A stretch of 64,000 nucleotides of DNA from positions 413 to 64,412 of the IMG/VR virus record IMGVR_UViG_3300022921_001344. One strand, given 5' to 3'. The translations under genes and the position numbers were made by a program. The number at the start of each line of letters is the position of its first letter. Within the stretch, counting starts at the first letter, position 1. This stretch comes from a virus (taxonomy: Duplodnaviria > Caudoviricetes). The notes beneath the pieces were generated by a model. That model made no database searches. It was not told the DNA's origin and saw only the letters and a program-made list of their open reading frames with translations. Shown here one piece after another: positions 58,680 through 64,000 of the stretch.

Positions 58680-60840
58680 CTATATAATCAACAGTAAGTG
58701 ATACATCTTTAAGATCTTCAAATAATATCTTTTTACTTAGTGGCTTTTTAACCTTATCCTCAAATAATCTTTTTAATGGTCTTGCACCCATAGTAGGCTC
58801 ATATCCATCTTCAGATAATTGTTTAATAGCATTCTTTGTAGCAATAATTTTAATACCTGATTTATTTTCTTGTAGTAATTCATTGGTTTCTTTGATAAGC
58901 CTTTTAACAATTTTAACCATAAGTGTTGGCTCTAACTTATTAAATGTTACTGTAGCATCTAATCTGTTTCTAAATTCAGGTGAGAAGAATTTATTTACAG
59001 CAGAACTAATTGCTTTAGTTTTTGTTTGATCTCCAAAACCTATTTTGAGACTTTCGGCATCTGTGGCTCCTAAGTTAGAAGTCATTAATAATATTACATT
59101 GGTAAAATCTACAACTTTGCCTGTTGCACCTGTAAGTCTACCATCGTCCATTACTTGTAGCAACACTTGTAATACTTCTGGTGCGGCTTTCTCTACTTCA
59201 TCTAGTAGCAACACACAATTAGGATTCTCTTCTACTTCAGCAAGTAATTGTCCTTGCCCCATCTTACCTTCAGCATGTCCTACATATCCTGGAGGGGCAC
59301 CAATCAGTTTACTTACACTATGACGTTCTTGATATTCACTCATATCAAATTTAACCAATTTACTCTCCATTTCTTTTGCAAGAGTCTTTGCTGTTTCTGT
59401 TTTACCTGTACCTGTAGGTCCAACTAATAAAAAACTTCCTATAGGTTTATTTGTTTCTCGTAATCCGGATTTACTTACAATTACTGATTCAACAATTTTA
59501 TCAATTGCTTCGTCCTGCCCAAATACAGTTTGTTTCATTCTGTAATCCAAACTTTTAAATGAATCTGTTTTTTCAATATCTATTACCTCTGTGCCTATTT
59601 TAGATATTTTAGAAACAACTGCAACAATATCTTTTATGTCCACGTTTTTATCGTTCCTGAGCTTCACAGACGCTCCTGCGGCGTCTATAACATCTAATGC
59701 CTTATCAGGGAAGTATTTGTTTTTAATATATCTATCACATAATTCTACAGATTTTATGATTGTATCTTTATTATAAGTTACCTTATGAAACTCCTCGTAT
59801 TGTGATTTTAAACCTAAACATATTTCTTTGGTTTCATCTACAGATGTTTCCTCTATATCAATCCTTGCAAATCTACGCATTAAGGCTCTATCTTTCTCAA
59901 AACTATTTGCAAATTCATCTGGTGTTGTTGCACCTATAGTTAAAAGTCTACCACTACCTAATACAGGCTTTAATATATTTGCAACGTCAACACTTCCATT
60001 ACCTGTGCTACCTGCACCCATAATCATGTGTATTTCATCTATAAACAATACTGCATCAGGTGTCTTTTCTAATGTTTTAAGTAACTGCTTAATCCTTTCC
60101 TCAAAGTCACCTCTGTACCTAGTGCCGGCAAGTAAATCAGAAACATTTAAACTATATACAATTTTGTTTTTTAATAACTTAGGAACATCACCATCAACAA
60201 TACGTTTTGCAAGTCCTTCTGCTATTGCTGTTTTACCAACACCAGGTTCACCTACAAGCACACAGTTATTTTTCTTACGTCTAGCAAGTATGTGAACTAA
60301 ATCACTTACTTCTTCAGCTCTACCAATAAGTGGGTCTATCCTTTTGTCCAATGCTTCTTGATTTAAATTCTTTGTAAATTCTTGTAAAATTTCTTTGGAT
60401 TTTTTTGCAACATGAGAATTTTCAAAATAATTTACAATCACTGCTTTTTCTAATCCATTTAGTTCACAATAATACTTTGCATAGGATTCGTTTTGACTTA
60501 ATACACTTAACAGCATATCCATAGGTTCTATAATATCTTTTCCTCTAAAAACAGCATTTGCTAAGGCTCTTTGAATGACTTCCTCTACACCAACAGTTCT
60601 TCTAGGAGCACCTTTAGAACCGTTCTGAGGTATTAAATCGTTTTCTTTAGAAGTTAAATAAGTTTCTAAATCTGATTTTATAAGATCGGATTCTATTTCC
60701 ATATCATTACAAATCTTTTTGACCTGTGTATTGTCAAGTAACATGTACATCACATGTTCAACTGTAACGTATTCATGATTTTGTCTTAAAGCATAATCCA
60801 TTGCTTTTTGTAAAATATTTTCTATTGCTTTGTAATCCAT
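58654..60840 (-). CDS. clpA: ATP-dependent Clp protease ATP-binding subunit ClpA
   Basis: Clp N-domain (HEYVTVEH), GEPGVGKT and GPTGTGKT Walker A motifs, GAPPGYVG, IGF loop, no ClpB middle domain. Confidence 0.92.
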   Translation of the reverse strand: MDYKAIENILQKAMDYALRQNHEYVTVEHVMYMLLDNTQVKKICNDMEIESDLIKSDLETYLTSKENDLIPQNGSKGAPRRTVGVEEVIQRALANAVFRGKDIIEPMDMLLSVLSQNESYAKYYCELNGLEKAVIVNYFENSHVAKKSKEILQEFTKNLNQEALDKRIDPLIGRAEEVSDLVHILARRKKNNCVLVGEPGVGKTAIAEGLAKRIVDGDVPKLLKNKIVYSLNVSDLLAGTRYRGDFEERIKQLLKTLEKTPDAVLFIDEIHMIMGAGSTGNGSVDVANILKPVLGSGRLLTIGATTPDEFANSFEKDRALMRRFARIDIEETSVDETKEICLGLKSQYEEFHKVTYNKDTIIKSVELCDRYIKNKYFPDKALDVIDAAGASVKLRNDKNVDIKDIVAVVSKISKIGTEVIDIEKTDSFKSLDYRMKQTVFGQDEAIDKIVESVIVSKSGLRETNKPIGSFLLVGPTGTGKTETAKTLAKEMESKLVKFDMSEYQERHSVSKLIGAPPGYVGHAEGKMGQGQLLAEVEENPNCVLLLDEVEKAAPEVLQVLLQVMDDGRLTGATGKVVDFTNVILLMTSNLGATDAESLKIGFGDQTKTKAISSAVNKFFSPEFRNRLDATVTFNKLEPTLMVKIVKRLIKETNELLQENKSGIKIIATKNAIKQLSEDGYEPTMGARPLKRLFEDKVKKPLSKKILFEDLKDVSLTVDYIDDEYVVAK

Positions 60841-60841
60841 A

Positions 60842-61636
60842 TTAAATTTCCGATTTAATTATATTTAATGCTTCTATATGCTCTTTTTTTGTAATATCCG
60901 GCATAACAAAATTAACTATTATATATAAATTTCCTATACCTCCAGTTCTAGGATTAGCCATTCCTAATCCTCTCAAAGTAAGTTTATGTCCAGGATATAT
61001 ACCTTGCGGTACCCTTACACTAAACTTTCTTCCGTCCAGATGTGTAATATCAATATCACAACCTGTAAGAGCATCTAATACATTTATATCTTTACGCAAA
61101 TATAAATGATCATCTTCTCTACCCCAATCCTGAGGATAATCTATTAATATCCTAACAATTAAATTTCCTCGAGGCAGTTCCTTAATTCTTTGAGGTCCTT
61201 TACCAGCAACTCTCAATTTGGTTCCTTCTCTTATACCTTGAGGTATATTAAGATTAATTGTAACATCATCTGTATCAATTACAACATCTTTACCAGTATA
61301 TGCATCAAGTAAACTAATTGTAACATTTACAAGCCCGTCAGGATTCTTTGTAGGTTGTCTTCTTACTCCAAAGATATCTCCAAAGATATCTCCAAATGGA
61401 CTTCCCTCACCAAAAGGATCTCCGCCTTGGCCAAACTGTCCAAAAGGATTAGGATTATCATACTGAGCACGTTGTTGTGGATCACTTAGTGTATCGTATG
61501 CCGCCTGAACCCTTTTGAACTGTTCTTGATCACCACCTTTATCAGGATGATGCTTACTCGCTAGTTTGCGGTATGCCTTCTTAATATCCTGTTGACTAGC
61601 GTCTTTGCTTACGCCAAGTGTTTCGTAGTGATCCAT
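60842..61636 (-). CDS. dnaJ: DnaJ-class co-chaperone lacking the Zn finger (CbpA-like)
   Basis: J domain with HPD, G/F region, C-terminal substrate-binding domains. Confidence 0.9.
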   Translation of the reverse strand: MDHYETLGVSKDASQQDIKKAYRKLASKHHPDKGGDQEQFKRVQAAYDTLSDPQQRAQYDNPNPFGQFGQGGDPFGEGSPFGDIFGDIFGVRRQPTKNPDGLVNVTISLLDAYTGKDVVIDTDDVTINLNIPQGIREGTKLRVAGKGPQRIKELPRGNLIVRILIDYPQDWGREDDHLYLRKDINVLDALTGCDIDITHLDGRKFSVRVPQGIYPGHKLTLRGLGMANPRTGGIGNLYIIVNFVMPDITKKEHIEALNIIKSEI

Positions 61637-61642
61637 AATGTT

Positions 61643-61671
61643 ATTATACTGTCTTTTAGTTTAGAAGTCAA
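61643..61671 (-). promoter_or_regulatory. Sigma70-type promoter for dnaJ-clpA
   Basis: TTGACT-17 nt-TATAAT, ending 6 nt before the ATG. Confidence 0.7.
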
Positions 61672-61696
61672 GAAAAAGGGTGCCAAAAACACCCTT
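61672..61696 (-). terminator. Intrinsic terminator after the TonB receptor gene
   Basis: AAAGGGTG/CACCCTTT hairpin followed by a U-tract. Confidence 0.7.
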
Positions 61697-61716
61697 TATT
61701 CTGTTCTTGGTATCGT

Positions 61717-63999
61717 TTAGAAAACGTATTTAAGTCCAAGTTGTAAACGGTAAGTACTTCTATAGTAATTGGTAACTTGGTTATCAATTCTATCTATGTT
61801 CATACCATAAGCAGGTCTGTATTCATAAGACCAACTACCATCACCATTGTTGATAGGAGTTGCTTCTGCAATACTTCTTGCTGTTCCGTTTGCTTTGGTT
61901 TGTTTACCCCAATCGCTATCAAGCAAGTTGAGTAAGTTTTCAACATCAAGTGTAATTATAAATTTATCCTTGTCTGTTAAACCTAACCCAGGAAGTTCCT
62001 GTGTAAATTTAAAGTCAAGTCTATAATTCCAATCTGTTTCAAACTCATTAATTGGTGCAAAACCACCTGCGTATGCTCTCAAGCCTGAAGCATCAAGGTA
62101 CGCATTAAAGTCGTCTGCAAACCAACTTGGTATAATTACGTCAGTTCCAGATCCGTCTGGGACATAGAATGCCGCAGTTTCGTCTCTTGTTGACTCTCTG
62201 TCAAGACCCCATAGAGCACCATCTTTGTATTGTCCTAATGTGTATGAGAAAGGCTCACCACTAATAGCACTTACAATAAATGTAAATCTACTTGGAGAAT
62301 TTTCAAACCAATTAGCAGTATAGTTACCTACAAAACTAAATGTGTGTTCTCTTTCGTAAACTGATCTATGTAGTACATCTTCATTAAAGTCATCATACTT
62401 AGTAGTATACTTAAAGTTAGAAATGTTTCTACTTGAAGTTAAGTTACCAACAGTATCAACATCTTGCCATGTGTAGTTTGCATAAAAATCAAACCCATTG
62501 TCAAATGCTTTACTTACACTAACTGCAAACAATTCGCTTTCGCCTTTGTCTGTGTTAGTTAGTAACATGTCGTAACCTCTATAATCATAGAAACGTTCCA
62601 TTGCTTTACTACATAAACTATAGTCTGCGTATATATCTCTGCCATCTGGTCCAACACCAATTGGTAAGTTGGTAACAGGAATATCACAATTGGCTACACC
62701 GGCAAATGCTGGGTTACCAAGTCTAAGTTGTTTGTAGTGTAAGTCTTTGTCAGTTCTAGTCATTAAGAAGTCTGCACTCATGTAGTATCCATCGCCCATT
62801 ACCCAATCAGCACCTACAGAAAGTTTTAACTCTCTTGGTAACTCAAAGTTTGGATCTAGGATATCTGCAAATGCAGGTCTAAAACCTTCCTGACCAGGTT
62901 GGTAAATGTATTGATCAAATACTGATGTATCAAAACCATCGAACCCTGCGGCCGCTGATAATGGTACGTTAGCATTTTGGATACCGATACCGTCATTACT
63001 GAAAGTACCACCCATCCATACATTTGGTCTACCACCTGTAAAGTATCCAGCACCACCTCTGAACGTTAGTTCTTGGAAAGCACCGAAGTCGTCTGCGTCA
63101 TAAACAAAACTTACTCTAGGTAAAAATACATCTTTACCGTCTAGGCTGACATCATTTCTGATACCATAATAGCCGTTAAGTGTATCATTATACTTAGGTG
63201 CATCGTCCATTGAGATTTTCTCATAACGTGCGCCGTAGTTAAGTGTAAGTCTATCACTGTAATCCCAAGTATCTTGAACATAGTAACTAGTAGTTTCTAT
63301 TTCAAAGAAAGCGGCACCATCGGCTGGATTACCACTTGGGGAGTTTCTATAGTCAATGCTATAAGGATTCTTGTTTTCAAAGTCCTCAATACTTGCGTAT
63401 TCAAGAACACCGTCTGAGTATGCAACGAACCCGTTTGCTACATCAACACCATTTTTAGAAATACCTGCAACCAATTCGTGTGAGCCAATTAAGTATGATA
63501 ATTCAAACTCTAGTTCACTTGATTGTGTTTCTAAAAAGTTGTAATGTCTAAATGGATCAGGTCCTACTAGGACTTGTGGTCCTCTATCGCCTTCTCCTAA
63601 CTCTACGATTGCTCTCATAAAGTCATCGCCACCAACACTTGCTTGTGAAGTTTCAACAAGTCTATCACCATATCTAAATGTAGTAGATAGTTTGTCGTTC
63701 CAGTCACTAAACACTTGGAAACTGTCTGCTGATAAGTCAGTAGTTTTAATATAGTTACCACTTGTAAGTGCTAATACTGTATTTGAACCACCGTACTCTC
63801 TAACGTCATTGTTTTCTGATGTTTGTCTTGTGTAAGTTGCTCTGTGTGAGTCATTAATGTTCCAGTCTAGTTTGATAAGGCTATCTTCATCAAGTAATGA
63901 ATTAACACCACCTGAGGCCGAACCTGCGTCATACCCATACACATCATTTGCAATAGCAATGATTCTGTCTGCGTCTGCTACAGTTACACCATCAACTTC
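61717..63999 (-). CDS. TonB-dependent outer-membrane receptor (Oar-like), 5'-truncated
   Basis: Frame open to the window end; YVQDTW..LTLNYGARYE, PRVSFVYD, RGG.G.F, NLLNL, C-terminal LGLKYVF. Confidence 0.88.
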   Translation of the reverse strand, partial: EVDGVTVADADRIIAIANDVYGYDAGSASGGVNSLLDEDSLIKLDWNINDSHRATYTRQTSENNDVREYGGSNTVLALTSGNYIKTTDLSADSFQVFSDWNDKLSTTFRYGDRLVETSQASVGGDDFMRAIVELGEGDRGPQVLVGPDPFRHYNFLETQSSELEFELSYLIGSHELVAGISKNGVDVANGFVAYSDGVLEYASIEDFENKNPYSIDYRNSPSGNPADGAAFFEIETTSYYVQDTWDYSDRLTLNYGARYEKISMDDAPKYNDTLNGYYGIRNDVSLDGKDVFLPRVSFVYDADDFGAFQELTFRGGAGYFTGGRPNVWMGGTFSNDGIGIQNANVPLSAAAGFDGFDTSVFDQYIYQPGQEGFRPAFADILDPNFELPRELKLSVGADWVMGDGYYMSADFLMTRTDKDLHYKQLRLGNPAFAGVANCDIPVTNLPIGVGPDGRDIYADYSLCSKAMERFYDYRGYDMLLTNTDKGESELFAVSVSKAFDNGFDFYANYTWQDVDTVGNLTSSRNISNFKYTTKYDDFNEDVLHRSVYEREHTFSFVGNYTANWFENSPSRFTFIVSAISGEPFSYTLGQYKDGALWGLDRESTRDETAAFYVPDGSGTDVIIPSWFADDFNAYLDASGLRAYAGGFAPINEFETDWNYRLDFKFTQELPGLGLTDKDKFIITLDVENLLNLLDSDWGKQTKANGTARSIAEATPINNGDGSWSYEYRPAYGMNIDRIDNQVTNYYRSTYRLQLGLKYVF

Positions 64000-64000
64000 T

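Noticed and set aside
1-64000. Stop-codon reassignment, inteins or introns in core genes
   Set aside because: Polymerase, ClpA, RNase H and others are full-length under the standard code, and genes end in TAA, TAG and TGA.
1-64000. Bacterial chromosome origin (ClpA, DnaJ, GalE, TonB receptor)
   Set aside because: The gp43-like polymerase, clamp, T4-type RNase H, fibres and late promoters indicate a phage.

Overview
AT-rich, gene-dense segment of a large T4-like (myovirus/jumbo-type) dsDNA phage, probably of an aquatic low-GC Gram-negative host (inference). No rRNA, tRNA or CRISPR array was seen. 1-16143 (+) is a tightly coupled modification operon: nucleotide-sugar dehydrogenase, five complete paralogous Twitch/SPASM radical SAM enzymes (plus the probable tail of a sixth), a 2OG oxygenase, an unannotated 40-aa peptide coupled to a carbamoyltransferase, a 1280-aa protein of about 12 glycosyltransferase-like modules, and a methyltransferase. 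16144-47135 (mostly -) holds an outer-membrane lipoprotein, MoxR ATPase, cytochrome c, glutaredoxin, RNase H, a VWA/peptidase protein, and a B-family DNA polymerase and sliding clamp followed directly by a 7-deazaguanine-type cluster. That cluster has TGT/DpdA-like, QueD-like, FolE and QueE genes but no QueC in the window, and is interleaved with a glycosyltransferase, GalE and a phosphoribosyltransferase. 48194-64000 (-) holds virion fibre/structural genes, ClpA, DnaJ and a TonB-dependent receptor. Best leads: (1) a possibly replisome-coupled, glycosylated deazaguanine DNA modification pathway; (2) tandem glnA-type glutamine riboswitch aptamers controlling a 49-aa basic peptide; (3) the radical SAM/carbamoyl/glycosyl operon; (4) a 3'-UTR hairpin whose loop is antisense to the ribosome-binding leaders of three early genes. 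All family assignments come from motif recognition by eye; no searches were run.
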